Assembly (NCBI GenBank): GCA_014905635.1
Contig: CM026548.1
Coordinates: forward strand, 372,001 to 436,000
DNA: 64,000 bases
Source: Scenedesmus sp. PABB004
Lineage: Eukaryota
Direction of reading: 5' to 3'
Made by a program: the position numbers and the translations under genes
The notes under the pieces: model-generated
Seen by the model: only the letters and a program-made list of their open reading frames with translations
Told to the model about the DNA's origin: nothing
The model's database searches: none
Shown here: positions 1 to 10,951 of the stretch, one piece after another
How positions within the stretch are numbered: position 1 is the stretch's first letter
Layout: every line of letters starts with the position of its first letter

Positions 1-2022
1 GCGGAGCGCGGGTCGTTAGGCGGCGGCGCGGGCGCGCGCTTGGCGGGGAGTGGCGCTGCAAGCAGGGAGGGCGCGGGGAGCGCGGCACGGCAACCCGAGC
101 GCACCTTGGAGATGAAGACGTTGGGCTGCATGATCGTCGCCTTGTTGCCGTTGGCGTCGGTCACGTACGCCACGCCGACGGCCATGCCGCTGCGCGCGTT
201 CTTCTCGCCGCTGCGCGCGCGGGCGGGCGCGGAAGGGCGGCGGCGCGTGAGCGCGGGCGCGGGGCGCGTCGGGAGCGCGGCTGGGCGGTGGCGGCGGCGC
301 CGCGCGGGCGCGGGCGGCGGCGCGCGCGCGCAGGCGCGGCGGCGCGGGCACGCAATCAGCGGCGGCGTGCGGGCGCGGACCTGGTGGCGAGGGTGATGGT
401 GATGTCCTGGCCCTGCAGGGTCTTCAGCTTCTCGCCGGACGTCACGCCGCCGGGGATGATGCGCGCGCCGCGCACGACGTGGTACTTGAGCACATCTGCG
501 GGGAGGGCGCAGAGGGCGGCGGGCACGGCGCGTGTTCGTCGGAGAGAGGGGGAGCCAGCGGCCGCGGCGCGCGCGGGCAGGGGCGAGGGCGGGGCGGCGG
601 CGGCGGCGGCGGCGCGGCGCGGCGCGCACCGGCGATGTCGGCGGCGGGCGCATCGAGGGATATGCCGCTCGCCTTGAACGCGGCGTTGGTGGGCAGGAAC
701 ACGGTGTCGGCGAAGCCCTTGGCGGTGATCGTGGCGGCCACGCCGGCCTTCTCGGTCGCCTTGAGCGCGGTGGAGAAGTAGCCGGGCAGGATCTTGGCCA
801 TGGTCTTAAAGTTTGCCCAGTACGCGCCTGGCGCGTCCAGGGCAGGGGGAGGAGGCAGGGGCGAGCGGTTAGTGGAGGGTGGCGGGAGAGGAGTGAGGCC
901 GGGCGGCGGCGGCGGCGGCGGCCGCGCGCGCGCGCCCTGGTGGGTGGGCGGGGCAGCACGCGCACGGCGCAGCACACGCAGCGCGGCCCGGCGTGGCCCG
1001 CGCACCCGACATGAGCACGCGGTCGATGACGTGCACGTTGTGGGAGCCGACCTTGGCGAGGTTGGCCTTGACCACGGTCGCGGTGTTCTTCTGGAAGTCC
1101 TCGACCATCACCTTGCCGTCGGGGCCCTCGGACAGGATAAGGTCCCACGGCGCGACCGCGGTCTTGGCGATGACGCGCTTGCTCTGCGCGCGTGCGTGTT
1201 GGCGGGTGCCGGCGGGTGAGCGAGGGAGCCGTGCTGCGGCGGCGCGGCGGCGCGAGGGCGGTGCGGGCGCGGGGCCCGGGCGCGCGAAGAGGGGGCGGGA
1301 GGCCGCGCGCCGGAGAACCCCAAAACGCTCGCCGCCCCGCGCGGTGCGGGGCCGCTCGGCGGCCGCCCCGCGCGGCGCGCGCCTTTGCGAACATCGCCTC
1401 CTTGGTGAGCGAGTCGCCGACGATGAGGTGGTAGCCCAGCACGGCCTTGCAGAGCGCCTCGTTGGCCTTGAGCTCGTCAATGGTGAGGCCCATCTCCTTC
1501 AGGAACGCGTCCATGGCCTGCGGCGCGGCGGGGACGCGAGCGCGGCGGCGGGGTGTGGCGCGCAGCCCTGCGGCGCAGTGCGTGGCGGCGCCGCCGCCCG
1601 CGCCCGCGCCGCTCACCGCGTTGGTGGGCGCCAGCACGGTCACGACCGCGTCGTCGGCGGCGAGGGCCTTTTCGGCGCCTGCGAACTCGGCGAGGTGCTT
1701 GAAGAGCGAGAGCTGGGCCTTGGTGATGTCGTCCATCGCGTTCTTGCCGTCCTGGGCCCTGGCCTGCGCAGAGGGACGACGTCGCGCGGCGTGGGCGCGG
1801 GCACGACCGGCGGAACGGCCGCGGCGAGGCGAGAGTGGCGTGGGAGCCGCGGCGAGCGGCGTGCATGGGCGGCAGCAGCGAGCGCCGGGTGCGAGCGCTG
1901 GATCACCGCGCGCGCGCAACGCAAAGAGCCGATCGCGTGGCAGGAAATGCATTGCAGCAGTGCAGGGCCCCCACCGTCGCGGCCAGGGCGAGCAGCCCGA
2001 GCAGGATGGATGTGCGGAGCAT
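1..2022 (-). CDS. Secreted protein with two fasciclin (FAS1) domains; 3' end runs off the window
   Basis: ATG at 2022 gives signal peptide MLRTSILLGLLALAAT. Spliced exons give VTVLAPTNA..LGYHLI..VHVIDRVL and a second TVFLPTNAAF..LKYHVV (FAS1 H1/YH/H2 motifs). Seven introns are visible; the last is cut by the window edge, with a CTAAC branch point near 16-20. Confidence 0.85.
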
Positions 2023-2446
2023 GGTGGCTGCGGACGCGGGGGCGTAGCCGATGAAATGATGCGCGTGAAGGATTAAAGACAGCGGGGCGCTTGCAGGGAA
2101 TGGTGGCGTGCCGCGGGCGTTCCAGGGACTTTAAATGTGGCGGCGAGAGGTGCCGTTCGATGCGGACAGCTGCCGCCGCTCACAGCTTCGGGTGACTGCG
2201 CGGAGTGACTGCGAGCGGTGAGTGCTAGGGTCGTGAGTGACCTCACAGTGACCTAGCCGCGGCACCGCGCGCGCTGCAGGCGGGCCGGGGACTCACGCCC
2301 GGCTCGCGCAGCGCTGGTGACGCCGACGTCGAGCGGGGACCTTGCCCGCTGGGGTGCGCCGGCTCACCGCCGCGCTGCCAGCCGGTGCCGTGAGCGTGCA
2401 TCACGGTGCTCACAGCACCGCCGCGCCGCACGCGCCCGTCGCCTCG

Positions 2447-4095
2447 CTACGGCCGCGCGCTGCCAGCAACCGCTGCGCCCCGCCCGCCGCCGCCACGGCC
2501 GCGCGCGCCGCCCGGGCCGCTTCCCCGGCCGCGCCCGCGCCCGCCGCCACCGCGGCCCTTGCGCTCGGCCAGCGGCGGCAGCACCTCGTCCGGCCCTGCG
2601 GCGCGCGCGGCGGCGCGGCGGGCGGCCCCGTCGCCGCTGCTCGCGGGGACGCCCACCGCCCGCGGGCAACGCATGGGCGCGCCCGCGCGGCCGCGCAGCC
2701 GCGCGGCCGCACCCGTCGGCAGCGCCACGCCCGTCTCCGCCTCTATGTGCTCCTTGAGCTCTCGCAGCACGCGGATCTGCGCCAGCTTCTGCGGCGACAG
2801 CCGGTGCCACAGCACGCCGCCGGGCTTGCGCATGCCGGTCTTGCTCGTGCGGATGACCTGCGGGCGGGTGGGCGGCCGCGCCGTCGGCCGGCGTGCGCGC
2901 TCGTGGCGGGCCAGGCGCGCGGCACGTGGGGACGCCCTGCGGCCGGTGCGTGCCTGCGTGGGTGTGACGATGATGTCGACGGGCACGTCGTGCTCGAGCA
3001 TGAGCGCCGGGTCGATCTCCTCGTCCAGCACCTGCGGCGCGCGCCGACAGGGGGGGGGGGGGAGAAGGACTCGTTTCCTCTGCGTGCCCGCACGCGGCGG
3101 CGGCCCCCCGCGGCGCTTGTCGCGGCGCCGCCGCGGCGCGCGCCTGGCAGTCGTGGCAGGTCGTCACGACCGGCGTGTGCTCGTCGATCGCTCCGGCCCA
3201 GCGCAGGATGCCATACTCCAACTCTGCAAAGCCCTGCCGACAGCAAACGCGTCAGCGGTCGCGGGCCAAGCCGGCCGCAGCCGCGGCGCCGCGCGCCGCA
3301 CCTCGCCCTTGCCGAGGCGCGCGCCGTTGCGGCTGACCGCGGTGCTGCCCACCACGATCATGTCGACGCGCAGCCCCGCCGCGTCGAGGCCGACCGGCGT
3401 GCCGTACTTGGCCACGCCTGCACGGCGGCAGCGGCGGCGGCGGCGGCGGCAGCCGGGCAAGGCCCTGCTCGGCTGGCGCGCGGGCGGCGCGCTGCGGCCT
3501 ACGCGCAGCCGGCGGGCCGAGCGGCGCGGCGGCGCAGGCGGCGCAATCGCTCACCGGCAGAGGTGCATGCCTCCATGATCGCGCCCGGCTCAAACGCGTC
3601 CGCCGCGAGCGAGCTGAAAAACCCGGTGCGCAGGCGCGGCTGCGGCGTGAGCAGCGTCTTGCCCGCGCGGAGGACCTCAAACCGCACCATCTTCTGCGGC
3701 GTGTCGGGATTGGCCTTGACGACGGCGGCTGCCCGGAACTCGGGGAGCTCCGCGAGCCGCGCCGCCGCCCGTTCGGCGTCGACAAAGTTTGGGATGCGGT
3801 GGTGCACGGGGCGGGGGAAGCGCGCGATGTCGTCGGCCTCCATCCTGTCCCAGATGCGCTGCCGAATCGGCCACTTCCACGCGCCCTCCGCGCGCCCGGG
3901 CGCCGCCGCCTCGGCCGCCGCGGCCGCGGCCGCGGCGCCGGCCATCGCGGCGCGCGCGCCCGCGTCGGCGGCGAGGCGCGCCGCGTCGAAGGCGGCCGAG
4001 TCAAACGCGCCGGCGCGGGCTGCCGCGGCGCGGGGGCGGCGCGGCTGCGTGCCGCTGGCACCTGGGTGCCGCCGCTGCTGCTGGAGCGCCCGCAT
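2447..4095 (-). CDS. 5-formyltetrahydrofolate cyclo-ligase-like protein (COG0212/MTHFSD family), probably organelle-targeted
   Basis: Exons encode [86 protein letters not shown]. Five introns, two with GC donors. Start codon is a best guess. Confidence 0.9.
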
Positions 4096-4492
4096 GAGTG
4101 CACAGTGCTGTGCAGCGTGGCGGCACCGCGCCGCCGCTGCTGCTGCTGTGGCCGCCTCCGCTGACGCTGCTGCTGGCGCGAAGGGGTCTGGCGTGAGTCC
4201 CAGCAAGACGTCAGTCCAGGCGGGAGGGACACAGTGGCGGCGGGGGCGGCCCGCGGCGGCCGAGCAGCGCGCCAACCACACACCGCACGACCGAACCGCG
4301 GCGCTACAGAAACGCGCGGGCTCACGCCGCGGCCCCGCTTGTTCGCCCGAGCGTCGCGCCTTCGACGCGCCGCTCAGCGACCTCGCACGTAGCACCAGCA
4401 GCTCGCCGCCGCCGCGGGAGCGAGGGAGCAGCAGACGCGCCGCCGTTCGCGCACCGAGGGCGTCCGCCCGGCGTCTGGGCAGCTTGAACATC

Positions 4493-7400
4493 ATGTCAGT
4501 GCTGTGTCAGGCCCAGAGGTGAGCCACGCGCGCTGCTCCTGGCGCGGCAGCGGCGGCGGCCAGCCTGCCCGCGCCTCACGCTGCCGCCGCCGCCCGGCGC
4601 AGGCGGTGCGGCGCCGACGCGGGTGCCACCGGGCGCTGCCAGCCGGTGCGGCTGGGCCTGCACGCTTGTCTGGCCGCCAGGGGCGCACGCGGCAGCTCTT
4701 TCGCAGCGGCGCCGACGCGGGCGCGCCGCAGCTGGGCGCCGCGCGCGGCGGCGGCGGACGACGGCCCTGCAGGCGACGGCCGGCCCAAGGTGGTCGTCGT
4801 CGGGGGCGGCTGGGCGGGCTTCGGCGCGGCCAAGCACCTCGCGGAGCAGGGGTGCGCGCGCGGGGCGCGGCCGGCAGCTCGTCCGCGCGGCGGGGCCCCC
4901 GCGCGTGCGCGCCGCAGCGCCTGCGCTCGAGCGCCGCCGCCGCCGCCGCCGCGGCGCCCGCAGCTACGCGGTCACGCTGGTCGACGCGGCCAAGAACCCC
5001 GGGGGCCTGTCGACCGGCTTCCGCAACTCCAAGGGCCAGGCGCTCGAGGCGGGCATGAAGGCGCGCGCAGCCGGCGGCGGCCGGCGCCGGCGCCGGCGCC
5101 CCCGCTCGACCCGGCCGCCCGCTCGCCTGCGCGCCCAACCCTAGGGCATGTGGTACACTTATTCGAACATCTTCGCGTTGCTTCGCGACCTCGGAGCCTC
5201 CTCGGGGGCCCCCTGGCCGCTGACCGACTTCACGACCAGCGGCTTCTGGAGCCCCGCCGGCCTCACGACCGAGGCGCCCGTGTTCAGCCGGCTCCCGCGC
5301 CTCCCGACGCCGCTCGGGCAGTTCGTGCACACCGCGCCGCTCTTCTGGTCGTTGCCGCTCTCGGTGCGCCGCGCCGCGCCGCGCGCCGGCGCCGGCGCTG
5401 CTCAGCGCGGCCGGACGCCTGGCAGACGCGCCTCACCACGCGCGTGCGCCGCCCCACGTGGACGCGCGGCAGGAGCGGCTGACGATGCTGCCCTTCCTCC
5501 TGCGCTTCGTTGACTTTGACGCCAGCCCAGAGGTCTACGAGCGGTGAGGCGCCCGCCCGCCGCGCCGCGCCCCGCACGCCGCGCCGCACGCCGCGCGGCC
5601 GGCCGGCCGCCGCCACCGCCGCGCTCCCCTGCGCCGACTGCGCGCTGCGCCGCCCGCCCGCGCCCTGCGCGCCGCGCCAGCTACGACAAGATGAGCGCGC
5701 GGGAGCTCTTCCGGCAGTGCGGCGTGTCGCAGCGCATGTACGAGGAGTTCCTGCGGTGAGCCGGCGCCCATTGAACGAGCCGCGCCGCGCCGCGAGGCCC
5801 GGGAGCCAGGCGTGCGCGCGCGGCGCGGGGCAGGGGCGGGCCGCGAGGCCGCGCGCCGCGCGCCGCGCGCGCGCCGCAGGCCGACGCTGCTGGTCGGGCT
5901 GTTTGCGCCGCCCGAGGACGTGAGCGCGGCGGTGATGCTCGAGTGTCTCTACTTCTACGGTGACCGCGCCGCCTCCCGCGCGCGCGGCACGCTGCGCGGC
6001 GCGCCGCGCCCCCCGCGTGGACACACGGGCGGGCGGCGCCGCGCGCCTGCTCACGCCTCGTCGCGCCCGCTCGCGCCGCTCCGCCGCGCCGCGCCGCGCC
6101 GCCGCGCCGCAGCGCTCGCGCACCAGAACGACTTTGACGTCTGCTGGCCGCGCGGCTCCGTGGCGGAGACCATCTTCACGCCCATGGTGCAGCGCATCAC
6201 CGCCGCGGGCAGCCAGGCGCGTCGCCGCGGCGGCGCGCGCGCGCGCCCCACCACCGCGCGTGCTGGCAGCCTGCGCAGCCGGCGGCGCCGGCGCGCCCAC
6301 ACGGCCCACGGCCGCCGCGCCCCCTCCCCCCGTCAATCCCGCAGGTGCTGGGCGGGCAGCTGGTGGTCGACGTGCTGCCCGGCCCCGACGGCGCGAGCGC
6401 GCGCGGCGTCGTGACGCGCGACGTCTCGACCGGCGCGACGGCGACGCACGCCGCCGACGCGGTCGTGTTTGCGGTCGGCGTGACGGGCATGCAGAAGCTC
6501 GTGTCGTCGGTGCCGCTGCTCGGCGCGCGGGCCGAGTTCCGGCGCACCATGAGCCTGCGCGCGCTCGACGTCGTCGCGACGCGCCTCTTCCTGGACCGGC
6601 GCGTGCCCACGCGCTACCCGGCCAACGTGCTCAGCGGCTTTGAGCGCTCCGCGGGGGCGACCTACTTCAACCTCAACGACCTGCAGGTCGGCGGCGGCGG
6701 GGTTTTGCGGGGCCCCGCGCGGCAGGGTTTTGCGGGGCCGCCCGGGCGGGCGGCGGTTTGCGCGCCGCCCGGCGCCGCGCGCGGTCGGCGAGTTCGAAGG
6801 CGAGTGCGTCGGCCGTCTGTCCGTGCAGGACGAGTACCGCGACGCGCCGGGCAGCGTCATCGCCAGCGACTTTTACAACGCCAGCGAGCTGCTGCCGCTC
6901 AGCGACGACGAGGTGCCCGCGGCGCGGCGCGGGGCGGGGGCCGCACGACGCGGGGCGCGCGCGCGCGGCAGCCCCCGCCCCGCGCAAGCCCGCGCGCGCC
7001 GCGCTCCGCCCCCTATGCGCGCTCAGATCGTCGCGCGCGTCAAGTCGCACCTCGAGGCCTGCGAGCCGGCGTTCAGGGACGCGGCGGTCGTGGACAGCGC
7101 GGTGCTGCGCTTCCCCAAGGCAGTCACGCACTTCTCGCCGGGCAGCTACGTCGCCAGGCGCGACCCTGCGCCGCGCCGCGCCCCTGCGCCGCACAGCCGC
7201 CGAGGCCCCGCCCCACCGCGTCGGCCCCGCGCGCGCGCGCGCGCAGGCCGTACCAGGTCACCAGCCTGCGCAATGTCTTCATCGCGGGGGACTGGGTCAA
7301 GGGCGTGCCGCACGGCGCCAACGGGCTCAGCCAGGAGCGGGCGCTCGTGACGGGGTTGATCGCGGCCAACCTGGTCATCGACGCGTGCGGCGGCCGCGGC

Positions 7401-7520
7401 GCCAAGGCTGTGGTGCTGGACGTGGAACCAGATGAGCCCCACGTCGCGGCGGCAAAGGCCGCCAACCAGGCCGTGCGCGGCGTGCTGGACGGCCTGGGGC
7501 TGCGCAGCCCGCTGCTGTGA
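4493..7520 (+). CDS. FAD-dependent oxidoreductase, amine oxidase / carotene desaturase-like family, with putative plastid transit peptide
   Basis: Rossmann motif [17 protein letters not shown], followed by [16 protein letters not shown] and C-terminal [23 protein letters not shown]. Eleven introns, three with GC donors (5061, 6217, 7158). Confidence 0.85.
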
Positions 7521-7646
7521 CGAGTGTGCCGGGGCTGCCGGCCGCTCGCGCCGCCGTGCCGTGCTGCCAGGGGCGGCGCTGGGCGTGGCTGACCCCGCGA
7601 CGCTGGCGGGCGGGGCGGCGCGGCGCTCGCTAGGCACCTGCAGGCG

Positions 7647-7651
7647 TGTAA
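7647..7651 (+). promoter_or_regulatory. Putative TGTAA polyadenylation signal
   Basis: TGTAA lies about 130 nt after the oxidoreductase stop. TGTAA is the established chlorophyte poly(A) signal. Confidence 0.55.
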
Positions 7652-7725
7652 CTCAACCAGCGCACGCAGGCGCACCGACCAAAACAACCCTGCGCGCGTG
7701 ACTGCTGCCCGTCACCAGCGACGCA

Positions 7726-10671
7726 TCACGCGTGGATCAGCTGCACCGCCTCCTCGGCCTCCGCCGCGCACAGCAGGCAGCGCACGCCGCACCAGTCCCA
7801 ATCGGCACAGCACGCCGCGCACAGGCACAGGCACGCGCCGTCAGGGTGCAGCAGCGCGTGCGTGCGGGGCGCGCTGCGGCAGAGCAGGCACGTGTCCGCG
7901 TCCCCTGGACCAGCTGGCAGCTCCACCGCAACAGACGCACACGCCGGCGCTGGAGGCGTGCACGCTGGCGCGCCGGCCTCGGGGGCAGCACTCGCGTGCC
8001 GCCCGCACCTCAGCGGCGGAGAGTAGCGCCGCGCCAGCTCGGGCTCAGGCTGCACTGCAGCTGGCGCTGCAGCCGCCTGCAGAGGGGGTGCCGCCAGCGG
8101 CACAGGCGTCGCCAGCGGCACCACCAGGCGGGCGCCGGCTCCACTTGCCGACGCAAGCAACTCAGGCCGCGCCGCCCACGCGGCTGCAGGCAGGGGCACC
8201 GGCACCGCCACGGGCAGCTGCGGCGGCTGCGGCGGCCGCGCTGCTGCCGGCGCCGGCTCTACCGACGCGCACATGGAGGGCGCACGCCCTCCAGCTGCCG
8301 CTGCTGCGGGCGGCTCAGGCGCCGCCCGCGCGCCCGTGTGCAGCGCGACGCCGGCAGCCGCCGCGCGGCGTGCCCACACGTTGCTGGCCGATTGGGGCGC
8401 TGCCGCGCCGCCACCGGCGCCGGCAGCCGCCGTGCGGCGCGCCCACACGTTGCTGACCTGTTGAGGCGCTGCTGCGCCGCCGCTGGCACTGGATGGGCTC
8501 GCCGCTGCGGCCTGGCGCGCCACGCGGGGCCCGACGCTGGTGCCCGACTTGCTGGCGCCTGCAGGCGCCTGCAGGGCAGCTGCCCTGCTGGCGGCTGCCG
8601 TCGCCGGCGGCGGAGCCGCGGGGCGTGCTGCCGACACAACTTCGCCAGAAGGTGTGGCCGGCCACGTTAACGCAGCCAGCGAAAACTTTGCTGGCTGCAG
8701 AGGCTGGAGCGGCCGCGCGCGCGCCGCGTCGTCCTGCGCCCCGCCGCTCCTGCTGCGCGTGGCGCCTGGCCGCGCTGCCGCGCGAGCCTCGCCGGCGCAG
8801 CGGCCACGACCGGCGTCCCTCGGCCCACGCCCTGGCTGTGCCACCGCACCTGCTGCAGCCGTGGCGGCCGCCTGGCGCGCCGGTGCTGACGAGGGACCGG
8901 CCGGCTGCGCTGCTGGTCCAGCATGGGGCACCGGCGCGCGCGCCGCTTCGGGCACGCATGGCGCAGCGCTGCTGCGCCGAGCTGCAGCGCCAGGGCTGCG
9001 GCTGTCGTTGCGGCTGCTGCTGCAGCTGCCAGCATCTTGGCCGTCAGCCTGCAGTGCCGCGCTGTCGCCGCGTCTGCTGCTGCCTCCACTGCCGCCGCCG
9101 CTGCCGCTGCCGCTGCTGCCGCTGCCGCCGCTGCCGCCGCTGCCGCCGCTGCCGCCGCTGCCGCCGCTGCCGCCGCTGCCGCCGCTGCCGCCGCTGCCGC
9201 CGCTGCCGCCGCTGCCGCCGCTGCCGCCGCTGCCGCCGCTGCCGCCGCTGCCGCCGCTGCCGCCGCTGCCGCCGCTGCCCCTGGCGCCGCTGCCGCTGCT
9301 GGCCCTGGTGCGCCGGCCGGCACTGCGGCCGCTGCTCGCGGCTGCGCCGCCGCCGGCGCTGGCCTCGGCTGATGCGGTCATCTGATGTCGCTGCGCGCGG
9401 CGTGCGCGCGCAGCGAGTGCCGCCAGCGCCTGCCAGCACCACCGCGCCGCGGCTGCGGCGGCGACCTCGGCCGCGCCCACCGCCTCAAAGCCGAGCACGA
9501 TGCCACACCAGGCGAGCACAATGCCACGCCAGGCCGCCTGTGCGGTATGCCATAGCCGTATCAACGGCGGCACGGCCCGCCAGGCGAGCGCTGCGAGTGA
9601 GGCAATGGCAGCAGACGTCACCAGGTGCTGCAGCATCCTCGGCTTTCGCTGCCGAGCGTGCGGCATGCGATCCACATACAGAGCCCACCACACCAGCACC
9701 GCCAGCGCGCGCGAGAGCGCCGTCGCAGGCGGCGGCAGCACGAGCGCCAGCAGCGGGCCCAGGACCGGCCCGCCCAGGCCGGGGGCGGCCGCCATGGCGG
9801 CGGCCGGCACCGCCAGGCCTGCCGCCGCGCCGCACACGAGTGCGGCGTGGAGGCCGCCGAGCCCGGAAACTGCAGGCGCTGGCCTCCTCGAACGCCCGTC
9901 CTGCTCCAACACGCGCGCGACTTCAGTGACGGCGAAGCAGGCTGCGGCCAGCGCGGCAAGGCCGGCGAAGCCCGTGGCAAAGCGCTGTGCGACCAGCACC
10001 AACGCCTCAAAGGCGGCAAAGAAAAGCAGCCCCGGACGCAGCACCGGGGCCGCGTCGCGCCACGTGCGCGCCGACGGCGCCGCGTGCCGCCAGAGGCGCG
10101 CGGCCAGCATCGTCAGTGGCTCTGGCAACGTGCGCCCCGACTTGTGCCGACCTCGCGCCTTGAGTTTGGCGAGCTCCGCCCTCCGCGCGGCCTGGCAGCG
10201 CCGCGCCGCGGCAGGCAGGCGCGCGAGCGCCAGCGCCGTCCACGACGCCAGCGCGAGCGCCGGCAGCACGAGGGGGGCGCTCTCCAACAGCACCGCCTGC
10301 ACGATCATGCTGGTCCAGACGTAGAGCGCGGCATAGCCGCCGGCGCCCGCCGGCTGCGCGCGCTGCTGCGCGCCCCACGCTCGTGCAGCCGTAGAGCGCG
10401 CCGCCGGGCGCATAGCCGGCGCCCGGCGGCTCGTGCTGTTGCTGCAAGCCCATCGAACAGCCGTAGAGCGCCTCATAGCCGGCGCCCGGCGGCGGCGGCG
10501 CGCGCTGCTGCTGCGCCGGCGCGCGCCGGTCAGCCACGACCGGCAGCCCGGCGCCGGCGGATCGTGCGAGGACAGGGAGAGCGCCAAACAGGAGGGCGCG
10601 CGCGGCGGCGCGCTCGGCGCCAACGGCAGAGCCGCGGCCGCCAGCACCGCCACGAGCAGCGCGGGCCCCAT
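7726..10671 (-). CDS. Intronless multi-pass membrane protein with (GGS)n linker and C-terminal MDM2-like RING finger (putative E3 ligase)
   Basis: 981-aa ORF with a hydrophobic N-terminal signal, several Leu/Ala-rich hydrophobic segments, and C-terminal CLLC..HALLHPDGACLCLCAAC..CLLC. Confidence 0.65.
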   Translation of the reverse strand: MGPALLVAVLAAAALPLAPSAPPRAPSCLALSLSSHDPPAPGCRSWLTGARRRSSSARRRRRAPAMRRSTAVRWACSNSTSRRAPAMRPAARSTAARAWGAQQRAQPAGAGGYAALYVWTSMIVQAVLLESAPLVLPALALASWTALALARLPAAARRCQAARRAELAKLKARGRHKSGRTLPEPLTMLAARLWRHAAPSARTWRDAAPVLRPGLLFFAAFEALVLVAQRFATGFAGLAALAAACFAVTEVARVLEQDGRSRRPAPAVSGLGGLHAALVCGAAAGLAVPAAAMAAAPGLGGPVLGPLLALVLPPPATALSRALAVLVWWALYVDRMPHARQRKPRMLQHLVTSAAIASLAALAWRAVPPLIRLWHTAQAAWRGIVLAWCGIVLGFEAVGAAEVAAAAAARWCWQALAALAARARRAQRHQMTASAEASAGGGAAASSGRSAGRRTRASSGSGARGSGGSGGSGGSGGSGGSGGSGGSGGSGGSGGSGGSGGSGGSGGSGGSGGSGGSGSSGSGSGGGSGGSSRRGDSAALQADGQDAGSCSSSRNDSRSPGAAARRSSAAPCVPEAARAPVPHAGPAAQPAGPSSAPARQAAATAAAGAVAQPGRGPRDAGRGRCAGEARAAARPGATRSRSGGAQDDAARARPLQPLQPAKFSLAALTWPATPSGEVVSAARPAAPPPATAAASRAAALQAPAGASKSGTSVGPRVARQAAAASPSSASGGAAAPQQVSNVWARRTAAAGAGGGAAAPQSASNVWARRAAAAGVALHTGARAAPEPPAAAAAGGRAPSMCASVEPAPAAARPPQPPQLPVAVPVPLPAAAWAARPELLASASGAGARLVVPLATPVPLAAPPLQAAAAPAAVQPEPELARRYSPPLRCGRHASAAPEAGAPACTPPAPACASVAVELPAGPGDADTCLLCRSAPRTHALLHPDGACLCLCAACCADWDWCGVRCLLCAAEAEEAVQLIHA
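9121..9279. repeat. 9-bp tandem repeat (GCTGCCGCC), about 17 copies, encoding (GGS)n on the minus strand
   Basis: Perfect periodic array visible directly in the sequence. Confidence 0.95.
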
Positions 10672-10951
10672 GGCCCCAGCTGGAGGCGCGGCGTGTCAGG
10701 CGCGAGAGTTTGAGCCGCGCCGCGGGGGCGGGGAGGCCGCGGCCTGGGCGCCGTTTGGCGTCAAAAGCGGTCCAACTTGTGGCGCGCCGCCACTCGTTGC
10801 ACGCCCGCGCGGCGCTGCCTGGAAGCAGCGCCACGACGGGCGACATACGCCCTTCGACATCGGGCCGACCGCGCGCGCCGCGCGCCCAGCTGCGCTCGGA
10901 CACAGCACGCGTGCGCCGCGCCGCGCCGCGCTCGCGCACGCGCCGCGCTCG

